Positions 27,624 to 37,116 of a stretch of 64,000 nucleotides of DNA are shown here, one piece after another. Positions within the stretch are counted from its first letter, which is position 1. Each line of letters starts with the position of its first letter. Source of the DNA: a bacterium. Its GTDB lineage: Bacteria; Zhuqueibacterota; Zhuqueibacteria; Zhuqueibacterales; Zhuqueibacteraceae. The stretch covers positions 30,910-94,909 of the forward strand of contig JAJVHT010000069.1 in NCBI GenBank assembly GCA_022072515.1. Reading direction: 5' to 3'. The notes under the pieces were generated by a model. The model was not told the DNA's origin. It did not search any database and saw only the letters and a program-made list of their open reading frames with translations. The position numbers and the translations under genes are program-made.

Positions 27624-28400
27624 TTAAATTTGAGTGCCACATCCGTTAGTTAAAACATCCTGCCGCAACTGGCCGCACACCGCCTGCAGCAGCGACAAGC
27701 GCGAAGCCTTAAGAAAAAAATGGTCGCCTTCAAACATGTTCAGCGAGAAGGCATTGCCGGTCTGCTGGCGCCACGCTTCCAAATGCGTCCGCGGCGAACT
27801 GTGATCCTGCAATCCGCCAAAACAAGAAATCGGGAAATCGAATGGCGCTTCGTCGTCGTAGACATAGGTATCGCTCATCGCAAAATCCGCCCGTAAAGCC
27901 GGCAGCAACAGCGCCAGCATCTCCGCATTTTCCAAAATCTCGCGCGGAATGCCCTTGTAACGAACGCTGACTTCCTGCACGAAATCATCATCCGGCAAAT
28001 GCTGCAGCGGCGGATGGGGATCGGGAATCTGCGGCGCGCGCGAGCCGGAGACGAACAGGCGCAGCGGCTGTGCGTCATTTTGCCGGCGCAATTGGCGGCT
28101 CAATTCAAAGGCGGTGATCGCACCGAGGCTATGGCCGAAAAAAGCAAACGGCTTGTCGAGGGCCGTCGCGAGGATTGGCGCCAAGGCTTCGCACAGCGCG
28201 TCCAGCTTCGTGAACGGTGTTTCTTGCAAGCGCGCTTCCCGCCCCGGCAACTGCACCGCAACAATTTCCACTTCCGGCGGCACACTCAACGCCCACGTCC
28301 GATATTCAAATGCGCCGCCACCCGCGTACGGAAAGCAGAACAACCGCACCCGCGCTTGCGGATGCGATTTGGGAATACTGAGCCAGCCGTTGTTCGTCAT
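27624..28400 (-). CDS. Type II thioesterase
   Basis: LFCFPYAGGGAFEYRTW and FFGHSLGA (GxSxG), with a C-terminal GDHFFL. The track start 28439 is TTG; ATG 28400 gives a typical ~259 aa. Confidence 0.85.
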   Translation of the reverse strand: MTNNGWLSIPKSHPQARVRLFCFPYAGGGAFEYRTWALSVPPEVEIVAVQLPGREARLQETPFTKLDALCEALAPILATALDKPFAFFGHSLGAITAFELSRQLRRQNDAQPLRLFVSGSRAPQIPDPHPPLQHLPDDDFVQEVSVRYKGIPREILENAEMLALLLPALRADFAMSDTYVYDDEAPFDFPISCFGGLQDHSSPRTHLEAWRQQTGNAFSLNMFEGDHFFLKASRLSLLQAVCGQLRQDVLTNGCGTQI

Positions 28401-28469
28401 CTTCGTTCGCAAGATTGAATTCGAAATTACACTCTTCAATTCACCCTTTTTACCGCTTGGCCAAAGCGT

Positions 28470-29048
28470 TTACGCGCCGAGGCGCTCCAAATGCCCTTTG
28501 CCGGCGAGCGTGCTGAGATCGATGTCCGCAATGCAGCGCACCTTGACGTAATCCAGCGTTAAGCCGCCAACGAGGCGGAGGTTGCCACGTTGTCCGGCAA
28601 AATCAGCCTCACGAAAATTACTCGCGTCTTTATCGAGTCGAACGCCCAACTCCGTGCCGCCTTGCGTGTTCGTGAATTTTATATGAACATAACCGCGTTC
28701 GATGCACGCTTTCAACGCCTGCGCGGTTTTCTCCGGCCGCAAGCTCACTTCCACCGGATGCTCGCCAGTCGACAAGCGCTGCACCAAATCGTTTTGCACC
28801 GGGGCCGATTGCGCGGGCGGCGGTGGCGGCGGATTCTTGGCCTGTGCTTCCATTTTTTTTCGCAAACTCAGCGGCCGCATGTCGGTCCACACTTCCTTTA
28901 TATAGGCCAGACACTCCTCTTTCGGCCCGCTCTTTCCCACCTCGCGCCAACCCAGCGGATTGTCGCGCTCCGCCGGCCAGATCGAATATTGCTCTTCGTG
29001 ATTCACCACCACTTTGTATATGATGGCATCGTCTTGATCTTGATTCAT
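28470..29048 (-). CDS. MbtH-like protein fused through a poly-Pro linker to an uncharacterised ~100-aa C-terminal domain
   Basis: The N-terminus carries the full MbtH signature: [20 protein letters not shown]. This is followed by the linker [10 protein letters not shown] and then a distinct domain ([38 protein letters not shown]...[25 protein letters not shown]). AGGAG lies upstream of the ATG. Confidence 0.85.
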   Translation of the reverse strand: MNQDQDDAIIYKVVVNHEEQYSIWPAERDNPLGWREVGKSGPKEECLAYIKEVWTDMRPLSLRKKMEAQAKNPPPPPPAQSAPVQNDLVQRLSTGEHPVEVSLRPEKTAQALKACIERGYVHIKFTNTQGGTELGVRLDKDASNFREADFAGQRGNLRLVGGLTLDYVKVRCIADIDLSTLAGKGHLERLGA

Positions 29049-29147
29049 ATGATCTCCTGTTTATCCGCCGTCAGACGTCGGGTGTTAACATCACCGCCGC
29101 AAGCATGCTGTCTGGCGTTTTATTTTTTACGTATAACTTACTGCGCT

Positions 29148-31466
29148 TTACTTCTGCAACGTCACTTTCCGCACGATCGTCTGCGGCCCGACCTGCAAGC
29201 GATAGAGGTAAACGCCCGAGCTGACTTCCCGCCCCGAATCATCCCGACCGTTCCACCGCGCCAATTTGTATCCCGGCGTTTGCGTTTCGTGAATCAATAA
29301 TCGGACACGCTGGCCCATGACATTGTAAATGCCCAAATGCACCGGCGTTTCTTCCGGCAACGCGTATTCAATCACCGTTTGCGCGTTGAACGGATTTGGA
29401 TAACTCGGTGCGAGTGTGACTCGCTCCGGTTTTTGGGCAGTAATACTCAGCGGCTGCGCCAACGCTGCGGCCGGCGCCGGCAGCTCGCGCGCCGCAGCGG
29501 CCGCATTCATTTGCAAAACCAATTGCGGCTTATCGGCGCCTTCCTTTGAGCTGTATTGCACCGTGGTTGCAGAGTTATTCTGCATGCCGAAACTAAACGT
29601 GCCGTTGCCGGTGAGGGCCGGCGTGACATCCCACTCAACCCACTGCCCGACCGTTACGCTGCCCACCGTACCCAGGGCGCTCCCCGTAAAATTTGGCGCG
29701 TTAGTGGCATTGATGCCGTTCTCGAGCCACGGCGTGGAAGTACTGCGATAATTATTTGAGGTTGTGTAAACCGAACCGCCGCTGTTGCTCGCCACGGTCA
29801 CGCGCAAACGCAGCTTCGCGCTCTGCACCGTGGCGGTTAAGCCGCTCACCACAAACTTCAGATAACTGCGCAGAACCGTCGAAGACTTTTGTAAACGCAG
29901 GGTCGTCGCCGAGCCATTATTCTGCGTGCGATTCGCCGAGTTTATGTATGCATCGGCCGTCGGATTGAAAATTAAATTTTGCGGCGGTGGCGTGACGGTA
30001 AAATCATCCGCGCTCATGGCCGTGCCTCCCGGCGCGGTAACGCTGATTTTGCCGGTGGTGGCGCCGGCGGGAACATCGGCGCGCAGGCTCGAATTTGACA
30101 TGACCGTCACAGTGCTCGCGGCGACACCATTGAAAGCAACTTGCGTCGCGCCAGTAAAATTCGCGCCGGTGATGGTTACTTGGGTGCCAACCACGCCATT
30201 GGTAGGATTAAAAGAAACAATGCCCGGCGGCAGCGGCGGGGTCAGGACGAAATCATCCGCGCTGGTTGCCGTACCGCTGGGATTGGTGACCGTAATTTTC
30301 CCGGAGGTTGCGCCCGCCGGCACCTCCACTTGAATTTCCGTATCGGAGGCGATGGTGAAACTGCTCGCCGCCATGCCATTAAAAGCAACCTGGGTTGCCG
30401 TATTGAACGAGCTGCCAATAATTGTCACGGCCGTACCAATAGCTCCCGACAATGGACTGAAAGACGAGAGGACCGGCGCCGGCGGCGGCGCCACGCTCGA
30501 TCTGACAAAAAAAGCATCCGGCTGCGCGCCATTGATCGCTTTGAAATAAAAGCGCGCCATATCCGGTTGGCCGTTATAATTGAACTCGCCAAACAGGGCG
30601 CCGTAGGTGGCGTTCTGCGTCGAGGTGTAAATGCTCGCCCACCAGGCGCCGCTCAGTTTTTGCGAGCGGATGCTTTTGCCGCCCAGCCCTGAAACGAAAA
30701 CAAAGCTTCTGCCCTCATCCGCCGGCGTGTTCGCATCGTCTTTGGCGAGGACCAACGTGTTCGAGGTGCTGGCCACGGTTTGATTTTGACAACTGCTCAG
30801 CAGATGCGTCCGGCTGTAAGAATGTTCATGCGCAGTCGCAATGATGGCCCCGCCTTTTCGCGCTTCTTCGTAAACGGGCCAGCCCGTGTCGTCGCCCTTG
30901 TCGCCGACTTGCATGAGCTTCATGTTTTTGTGCCAACTGCTGATGCTCCAAATGGAATTATCCACCGCCAGCTTGTCACGAATGTAAATGTCGTGGCCGC
31001 TGCCGGTGACGCCGGGCGCGGTCAAAACGAAAAAAATGCCGCTATAATTAAATGAAGATTTGACGCCCAGATCTCCATCCCACGTGATGCCCAGCCGGTT
31101 CATGCGCGCGATCAAGAACGATTGATAACCACTGGCGCCATAAAAATTGCTCTTATCGTGGTTTCCAATCGACGCGAAGTATGGAAAATTCGCGCCTAAC
31201 ACGCTGGTGATCAAATTATCCCACGCCGCCGCGTTGTCGCCATAGTCGAAATCGCCGGAATGCACGACGGTTTGCGCACCTTCATTTTTGATGAGATTCA
31301 AGACCGCGATCGCATTCGCTCCCGTGCCTTGATCGCCGATAAAAGCGACCTTGAAATTGGCCGGCGTTTGCGATGTTTGCGCCAGCAGCGTCGAGACACT
31401 CACGCTGGCGAAAGCAGCCATACCGAGAAGCATAAGCCTTCTCTGCAAAAAACGGATCCCTTCCAT
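29148..31466 (-). CDS. Secreted calcineurin-like metallophosphoesterase with two IPT/TIG-like repeats, a beta-rich module and T9SS C-terminal sorting domain
   Basis: Signal peptide MEGIRFLQRRLMLLGMAAFASVSVSTLLAQ. Metallophosphoesterase motifs: VAFIGDQGTG, HSGDFDY, GNHD. Two ~80-aa repeats (FSPLSGAIGTAVTIIGSSF...GKITVTNPSGTATS and FNPTNGVVGTQVTITGANF...GKISVTAPGGTAMS). The C-terminus (YPNPFNAQTVIEYALPEETPVHLGIYNVMGQRV...GVYLYRL) is T9SS-CTD-like. Confidence 0.8.
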   Translation of the reverse strand: MEGIRFLQRRLMLLGMAAFASVSVSTLLAQTSQTPANFKVAFIGDQGTGANAIAVLNLIKNEGAQTVVHSGDFDYGDNAAAWDNLITSVLGANFPYFASIGNHDKSNFYGASGYQSFLIARMNRLGITWDGDLGVKSSFNYSGIFFVLTAPGVTGSGHDIYIRDKLAVDNSIWSISSWHKNMKLMQVGDKGDDTGWPVYEEARKGGAIIATAHEHSYSRTHLLSSCQNQTVASTSNTLVLAKDDANTPADEGRSFVFVSGLGGKSIRSQKLSGAWWASIYTSTQNATYGALFGEFNYNGQPDMARFYFKAINGAQPDAFFVRSSVAPPPAPVLSSFSPLSGAIGTAVTIIGSSFNTATQVAFNGMAASSFTIASDTEIQVEVPAGATSGKITVTNPSGTATSADDFVLTPPLPPGIVSFNPTNGVVGTQVTITGANFTGATQVAFNGVAASTVTVMSNSSLRADVPAGATTGKISVTAPGGTAMSADDFTVTPPPQNLIFNPTADAYINSANRTQNNGSATTLRLQKSSTVLRSYLKFVVSGLTATVQSAKLRLRVTVASNSGGSVYTTSNNYRSTSTPWLENGINATNAPNFTGSALGTVGSVTVGQWVEWDVTPALTGNGTFSFGMQNNSATTVQYSSKEGADKPQLVLQMNAAAAARELPAPAAALAQPLSITAQKPERVTLAPSYPNPFNAQTVIEYALPEETPVHLGIYNVMGQRVRLLIHETQTPGYKLARWNGRDDSGREVSSGVYLYRLQVGPQTIVRKVTLQK

Positions 31467-31578
31467 GAGTCTCTCCGTTTTGTGATAAATGAGATGCTTT
31501 TTCCTCTAATTACAAACGGCCATCCTAATCGCAGGACACAAGGCGCAAAGCCAAGCCTTGCGCTTTATATTTAAGTCT

Positions 31579-33057
31579 TTATTTCCGAATCATGGTGATC
31601 CAATCCTGAACCACCGAAAACGCCAAAGCCATGTTTTTGATGCTCACCGTTTCACGCCGCTTGAGCGCAGCGTGAATTTTCCCCAAAAGAAAAGCCGCTA
31701 CATACCACGCCAACCGCCGGCGGTCAGCGGCCCACGGCACTTGCCGCTGGTAACTCGTCAAATAAAGCTCGATGCTTTCATCCACCGGCGCGGCGGGAAT
31801 GGCATCACTTACTTTTAAAAACGCCAACGAAGCCACGAATTCCGCCACATCATAGAGCGGATCGCCGCAAGCAATCGAATCAAAATCAATGAGCGCCAGT
31901 GCGCCGTCCCGGCACAAAAGCTGCGCCAGCTTAAAGCTGCCGTGAATCGTCGTTTGCGGCATTTCGGCCTCCAACCAGCCAACCGGCGCTTCCAACGTTT
32001 TAACAAAATGCTCCAACTCTTCTCGCCGTTGCGGCAAAAACGGCGCAATGTCGCTCGCATCATCGCAAGCATTGAGAAACACCGCTTGCAGAGACGGCCC
32101 GCGCCGCAGTTGCACGCCGTCAATCACGATCTGATGCAGCGCCGCGAGCATGCCGGCGATTTGTTGCGGAAACGCCGTCCGCGGCAAATTCACCCAACCG
32201 GTTCGCTGCATCATGACATTGAAATCTTCACCTTCCCATGCCTGCTGCCAAACGCTGTGGGCCGCGTCGAGATACGCGATCGGCGCCGGTACATTCAGCC
32301 GCCCGTCATGACAAGCCGGACTCGCACAAATTTTTTGCAAGGCCCGATACACGTGCCAGCCTTGCCCGTCGTCATAAGTTTTGCTATAAAAAATGGGGGC
32401 CAAGCCGGTCGTTGTGGACGCGCTCAGCTCCAGCGTGAAACGCAACACACAGCGTTTACCGGGCATGTATTTAATTTTGTCGATAACCACGTGCTGGCAC
32501 GTGACGCCGTCCGGCAAACCCAAACCGGCACGATTGGCTTCGATTTGTTGCATGATCCACGCCGGCTCCAAAAGTTGGCCGAGATAAGGCAGCTTGCGAT
32601 CATACGGAAACGCGTACAGCACCATATCCATTTCCGGCCACACGTTGACGGGTTTCCAAAAACCGCAGCCCGGCCAGGTGTCCGGCGTTTCACGCCAATC
32701 CTTGCCGCGCTTGCAGGGCATTTGGGCCTGAAACCACATCGCATAATTTTTCTGCCGATGCTCGCGATCACGGCAACGCACGGTGTAGGTGATCTCACAA
32801 CTCTTTCCCGGCTTGTGGTAAACTTTGCCGACGGCGACAGTGTCGATCAACAGCGCATGGCCGGGATACTCCCGCTGAAAAAACTCCTGCAAGGCCGGTT
32901 TCATCCACACCGCATCCAGCGCGCGCGCCAACTGCGGCAGATGTTCATCCTGTCCGTCCTGCTTTTTGCGCTTGCGCGGCAAGCGCGCGGCGCCGGTGTT
33001 TTTAGGGTCGTCTGCAAGCATGCTTTGTTGTATTTCGTTGGGTTGGCATCTCTGCAA
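31579..33057 (-). CDS. Kinase-fold (APH/CotS-like) protein K1, long form with duplicated N-lobe; catalytic Asp replaced
   Basis: 492 aa. The C-lobe reads TIHGSFKLAQLL...LIDFDSIACGDPLYDVAEFVASL. Two N-lobe-like units: VGKVYHKPGKSCEITY and IDKIKYMPGKRCVLRF...IFYSKTY. The track start 33057 is TTG; an alternative ATG is at 33021. Confidence 0.7.
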   Translation of the reverse strand: MQRCQPNEIQQSMLADDPKNTGAARLPRKRKKQDGQDEHLPQLARALDAVWMKPALQEFFQREYPGHALLIDTVAVGKVYHKPGKSCEITYTVRCRDREHRQKNYAMWFQAQMPCKRGKDWRETPDTWPGCGFWKPVNVWPEMDMVLYAFPYDRKLPYLGQLLEPAWIMQQIEANRAGLGLPDGVTCQHVVIDKIKYMPGKRCVLRFTLELSASTTTGLAPIFYSKTYDDGQGWHVYRALQKICASPACHDGRLNVPAPIAYLDAAHSVWQQAWEGEDFNVMMQRTGWVNLPRTAFPQQIAGMLAALHQIVIDGVQLRRGPSLQAVFLNACDDASDIAPFLPQRREELEHFVKTLEAPVGWLEAEMPQTTIHGSFKLAQLLCRDGALALIDFDSIACGDPLYDVAEFVASLAFLKVSDAIPAAPVDESIELYLTSYQRQVPWAADRRRLAWYVAAFLLGKIHAALKRRETVSIKNMALAFSVVQDWITMIRK

Positions 33058-33163
33058 TAAGGAACAGTCGCAAATTCCAACACCAGGGCGATACTGAAAC
33101 GCTGATCCTTATGGCCGCTGTGCATGAGATTCCGTTCGAACAGAGATGCAACCTCATTCCAAC

Positions 33164-34279
33164 TCAGTTTAAAGTTTCCGGCATAGCGGCAAACTTCTCC
33201 GAAGTTTGCCGCAACATCGCCGTGAATTTCGCGAGCACGCATTCGGCGGAATAATGTTCCAGCAAATAAGCGCGCGGCGAATAGTTCTGATACGTATCCA
33301 GCAATTCCGCCAGTCCGAGATGAAACTCCGCCGGCGTTTTGATCAAACCCGCCGCCGGGCCGACATAACGGCTGCCGGCCCACAATTCCGCATTCACCAG
33401 CACCGGCACATTGGCGGCCATGTATTCCAAAATCGCGCGCGGCGCGGCATCCAACGTGGCGCACATCACGCCGATTTTTGCCTGATTCACATAACGATTC
33501 ACTTCCGCCTTCGGCACTTCGCCGGTAAAATGCACCGCGAGATTCAGCTCGCGCGCCAATTTCTCCAACTCGGCGCGATTGCCTTTACGATCGTCGCCAA
33601 TGCAAATACAACGCAACTGGCGCTCCGGCAATTTCGCCATCGCCCGCAACAACAATTCATGATTTTTGCGTTCGCGCAAATAAGCGACGTAGCAAATGTC
33701 ATAAATTTTTTCTCCGGGCAGCGGATAATGCGTGGCACGGTAATCAATGAGCTTGTCCCAAATCGCACAGTGGATTTGCGGGCAAACCCGCTTGACTTCT
33801 TCCACCTCCCAAGCTTCATCGACTAAACAAAGATCGTAACGCGGCAAGGCTTTGATTTTTTCCGGCCGCCAATCTTTCGAGTAAACCATTTTAAAACTGC
33901 CGGGGCAGCAGTCGAAAATTTGCGCCAGATATGGCGGATAATCCGGGCCTTCAACCCAAATGATATCGGGTTGTCCGGTGCGGCGAATATACCGGGGCAG
34001 CTCTTCCGAAGTCAAATCTTCCCGACCGGGAAACAGCAACACCGGCAACTGCCCCGGCACCGCGACTTCCTGAAACGCCTGATTCCAAAATTTCCACTCC
34101 TCGGCGCCGGTGAGAAAGTGCCGTTGCTGCAAGCCCATAATGATATTTTTCGAACTGCTGCCGGCCTTCGCTGAGATTTTCATCTGTTCCAGCGCCGCGC
34201 CATCCAAAGCCGGCGCGGCTTGATTTTCCCGCGTAAAGACAGTGCTTTCTGTTTTGGTGCGAACAAATGCCAATCGCAT
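33164..34279 (-). CDS. GT-B fold glycosyltransferase (GT4-like C-terminal half)
   Basis: C-terminal pattern: RKNHELLLRAMAKL...LRCICIGDD...HFTGEVP...ATLDAAPRAILEYMAANVPVLV. ATG 34279 avoids overlap with the upstream gene (stop at 34302). Confidence 0.55.
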   Translation of the reverse strand: MRLAFVRTKTESTVFTRENQAAPALDGAALEQMKISAKAGSSSKNIIMGLQQRHFLTGAEEWKFWNQAFQEVAVPGQLPVLLFPGREDLTSEELPRYIRRTGQPDIIWVEGPDYPPYLAQIFDCCPGSFKMVYSKDWRPEKIKALPRYDLCLVDEAWEVEEVKRVCPQIHCAIWDKLIDYRATHYPLPGEKIYDICYVAYLRERKNHELLLRAMAKLPERQLRCICIGDDRKGNRAELEKLARELNLAVHFTGEVPKAEVNRYVNQAKIGVMCATLDAAPRAILEYMAANVPVLVNAELWAGSRYVGPAAGLIKTPAEFHLGLAELLDTYQNYSPRAYLLEHYSAECVLAKFTAMLRQTSEKFAAMPETLN

Positions 34280-34301
34280 CGGGGCAACAATTCCTTTGAG
34301 C

Positions 34302-35678
34302 TTAAATCGCCTGCAGCCAATCTGCCAAGACTTCAAAAATCGCGTCGCGTTTGGCCATGGCCGGCCTGTCCAAATTTTTCATCGTGTCGTGCATTTTGCT
34401 CAGCAGCGCCGAAATCGCATAAAAAGCCAACCGCGCCGGCGGCAGTTTCCAAGGCACATGCCGTTCATAGCTTTTTATAAACAACGCTGCCGCTTGCGCC
34501 AAACGCTGCCGCGAATGGCCGGCGGTGAATTCAAGATACTGCAACGAGGCCATGAACTCCGCCACATCATACAGCGGATCACCCAACGCCACGGCGTCGA
34601 AATCTACCAACGCCAACTCGTGCTGGCGCGCGACAAATTGCTCGAGGCGAATCGCACCGTGAATCGGGGTGACCGGCGACTCGGCGGCGCCGGGCAACAA
34701 CATTTCCCGCCGCGCTTTGAGGCGGGCCAAAATTTCATCGAGATGTGGCTGGCATGGCGGCAACAGCCATCCCAGCATTTGCGCGTCTTCCTCCGCCGAA
34801 TCAAAAGCGCGCTCGAGTGTGTTCGCCGGCGGCAACTGCTCGCACTGGCTTTGATGAAAGCTCGCGATGCCGGCCGCCAAACGCGGAAATAATTCTTCCC
34901 AATCGGCAGTATCAAGCTGCGCCATGAGCGGGCGGCCTTCCCACGGCGTTTGCCACAACGTATTTGCCGCTTCGAGATGCAGCAACGGCCGCGGAATGTC
35001 GATGGCGTGCCGGAGGCGCGCATAAACCTGTTGCAAGACTTCATAATGAAACCGGCTCATGCCATCGCTGTAGGTCTTGCTAAAAAACGAAAGCGCGCGT
35101 TCCTCTCCAGCGGAATTTTGCAAACGGGCGTGATAGCGCAACACGCAACGCTTGCCCGGCATGTATTTCACGCGCACAAAATTTGTCTGCACGCCCCGCC
35201 AATTTCCCGCCAATCCGAACGCCGCGAGATTCGCTTCGATGTGCGCCTGCACAAAACCGGGATCGGCGGCTTTGACCAATCCCGCCATGTCAGGATCATT
35301 GGGAAACGTCCACACCACCATTTCGAGATCGGACCACAGGCTCACCGCTTGCCAAAGGCCGTTTTGCAAATTTCCGGCGGCGCGCGCGGTTTCATAGTGC
35401 CGGCGTGCTTGGCCGGCCCGCACCAGTTTGCCCAAGAACCATTGGTCCATTTTTTCCCCGCGCGTGTTGCGCAGATTCAGACGATACAGCAGCCGGCAGC
35501 GTTTGCCGAGCCGATGTTGGATCCGCTCGAGGACGCAGCTTTCGACGCGTGCTTCCAGCCGCGCCAGCGCCGCGTGAAATTTCTCCGCGAAGATCGGCGT
35601 CATCGCGTCCGCATCGGTTACAGTGGCGAGAGCCGGCAACCGGTCATCTCGCCAGATTTTTTCTGCCAGCGGTTGCAT
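34302..35678 (-). CDS. Kinase-fold protein K2, long form with duplicated N-lobe; catalytic Asp replaced
   Basis: 458 aa. PIHGAIRLEQFV...LVDFDAVALGDPLYDVAEFMASL. N-lobe units: LERIQHRLGKRCRLLY...WFLGKL and VRVKYMPGKRCVLRY...SFFSKTY. The ATG directly abuts the TAA of K3. Confidence 0.7.
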   Translation of the reverse strand: MQPLAEKIWRDDRLPALATVTDADAMTPIFAEKFHAALARLEARVESCVLERIQHRLGKRCRLLYRLNLRNTRGEKMDQWFLGKLVRAGQARRHYETARAAGNLQNGLWQAVSLWSDLEMVVWTFPNDPDMAGLVKAADPGFVQAHIEANLAAFGLAGNWRGVQTNFVRVKYMPGKRCVLRYHARLQNSAGEERALSFFSKTYSDGMSRFHYEVLQQVYARLRHAIDIPRPLLHLEAANTLWQTPWEGRPLMAQLDTADWEELFPRLAAGIASFHQSQCEQLPPANTLERAFDSAEEDAQMLGWLLPPCQPHLDEILARLKARREMLLPGAAESPVTPIHGAIRLEQFVARQHELALVDFDAVALGDPLYDVAEFMASLQYLEFTAGHSRQRLAQAAALFIKSYERHVPWKLPPARLAFYAISALLSKMHDTMKNLDRPAMAKRDAIFEVLADWLQAI

Positions 35679-37076
35679 TTAAAAGAGTCCCTCACTTCCT
35701 GCGAGTATTGCCGCCGCCCAGTTCAACAATTGGTCGACTTTTTCGGCATGATTCTCTTTCGCCAAACGAATGCATTTCTTCGCTTGTTTGCCCAACAGAT
35801 GCGCCGCGGTTTGCCAGACCAACACGTCGTTTGGCAAACCCCACGGCGCCGCCGCCGCATAAGCCCGGCAAAATTGCCGAATCGCCGCGCGGCTGCGCGC
35901 GGGCGAAAGCCCGTCTTTGACTGACTCTCCTTTCAACGGCAAATACAACAGATGCGCCACGAAACTCGCCACATCGGCAATCGGATTGCCGAGAACGAAA
36001 TCATCAAAATCGATCAAAGCCAATTTGCCGTCGACCACGAGAAATTGCGAAAGCCGAAACGCGCTGTGAATCAGCGCCGGCGGCAAAGACGGCAAGCCGT
36101 CATATTTTTCCTGCAACGTGCGCGCCAGGGCTTCGACACGCGGGCGGTAGGCCGGATTGAAATTGCCCAAAATTTCCACGGCTTCGGCAGCTTCCGCGAT
36201 GACGTGCTCATCGCCGCGCGCCGGCAAGCCGGCGATTTGGCATTGATGGATGCCGGCCAGCCCGGCGCCGATCTGCGCGGCCACACGCTCAAGATCAAGC
36301 GCGCTGAGATGATCGTCCGCATTCTTGCCTTGCAAACCGCGCACGAAAGTGGTATTCATTTCCGCCGCAAAAAACAACGGCTCCGGAATCAACAACCCGC
36401 CGGCTTGGCAAACCGGCGCCTGCCACAACGCTTGCATGGTTTTGAAAATCAATTCGCCGTTGGTTTTCGGATTGAGCATTTTGCTAAAGATCACCTGCGG
36501 CGCCGCGCCCTCGAAAAGCAACCGATGGCGCAATGTGCAGCGGTCGCGGGGAACGTATTTAATGCGCTTGGTAAAAATCCGGCGCAATCTGGCCTCGGGC
36601 GGCAGATGCAAATACGGCCATAACGATTGCACGACTTCCTTAAAATTTTCGCGATTGGTCAACCGGTGCAGATGCCGCAGCTTGGGGTCATTGGGATAAC
36701 CCCACAAGATCATGTTCAACTGCGGCAAAAAATGCAAAGCCGGCAACACCTTGGGTTGAAACAGCGCGTGGCGGAGCGCCTTGGCATAATTCGCGGCGGC
36801 CTCGTTCTGCGGCAAATGAGGCTCGACCATCGCAAAACAAAGCGGCCGCTGCATTTTGCCTTTTGCCAGATCTTTGACGACCAGTTGATAATTCAAATGA
36901 CACTTTTTGCCGGGTTCATAACGCATTTGATTCAGCAACACATGGTGCAGCTCCAACCGGCCATCGCCAAAGCCGGGAAGCTCGCGCTGAAAAATTTCCT
37001 TCATCGCCAGCGTATTGGTAACGACCGCCAATTGCGGGAAAACCGTGTCATCGTATTTTTCGGCAAATTTGAGCAT
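35679..37076 (-). CDS. Kinase-fold protein K3, long form with duplicated N-lobe; catalytic Asp replaced
   Basis: 465 aa. LIHSAFRLSQFL...LIDFDDFVLGNPIADVASFVAHL. N-lobe units: LNQMRYEPGKKCHLNY and KRIKYVPRDRCTLRH...VIFSKML. Confidence 0.7.
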   Translation of the reverse strand: MLKFAEKYDDTVFPQLAVVTNTLAMKEIFQRELPGFGDGRLELHHVLLNQMRYEPGKKCHLNYQLVVKDLAKGKMQRPLCFAMVEPHLPQNEAAANYAKALRHALFQPKVLPALHFLPQLNMILWGYPNDPKLRHLHRLTNRENFKEVVQSLWPYLHLPPEARLRRIFTKRIKYVPRDRCTLRHRLLFEGAAPQVIFSKMLNPKTNGELIFKTMQALWQAPVCQAGGLLIPEPLFFAAEMNTTFVRGLQGKNADDHLSALDLERVAAQIGAGLAGIHQCQIAGLPARGDEHVIAEAAEAVEILGNFNPAYRPRVEALARTLQEKYDGLPSLPPALIHSAFRLSQFLVVDGKLALIDFDDFVLGNPIADVASFVAHLLYLPLKGESVKDGLSPARSRAAIRQFCRAYAAAAPWGLPNDVLVWQTAAHLLGKQAKKCIRLAKENHAEKVDQLLNWAAAILAGSEGLF

Positions 37077-37116
37077 GTGTTTGAGAACCGCGTGTTTCCA
37101 ATCTGATTAACGGCAA

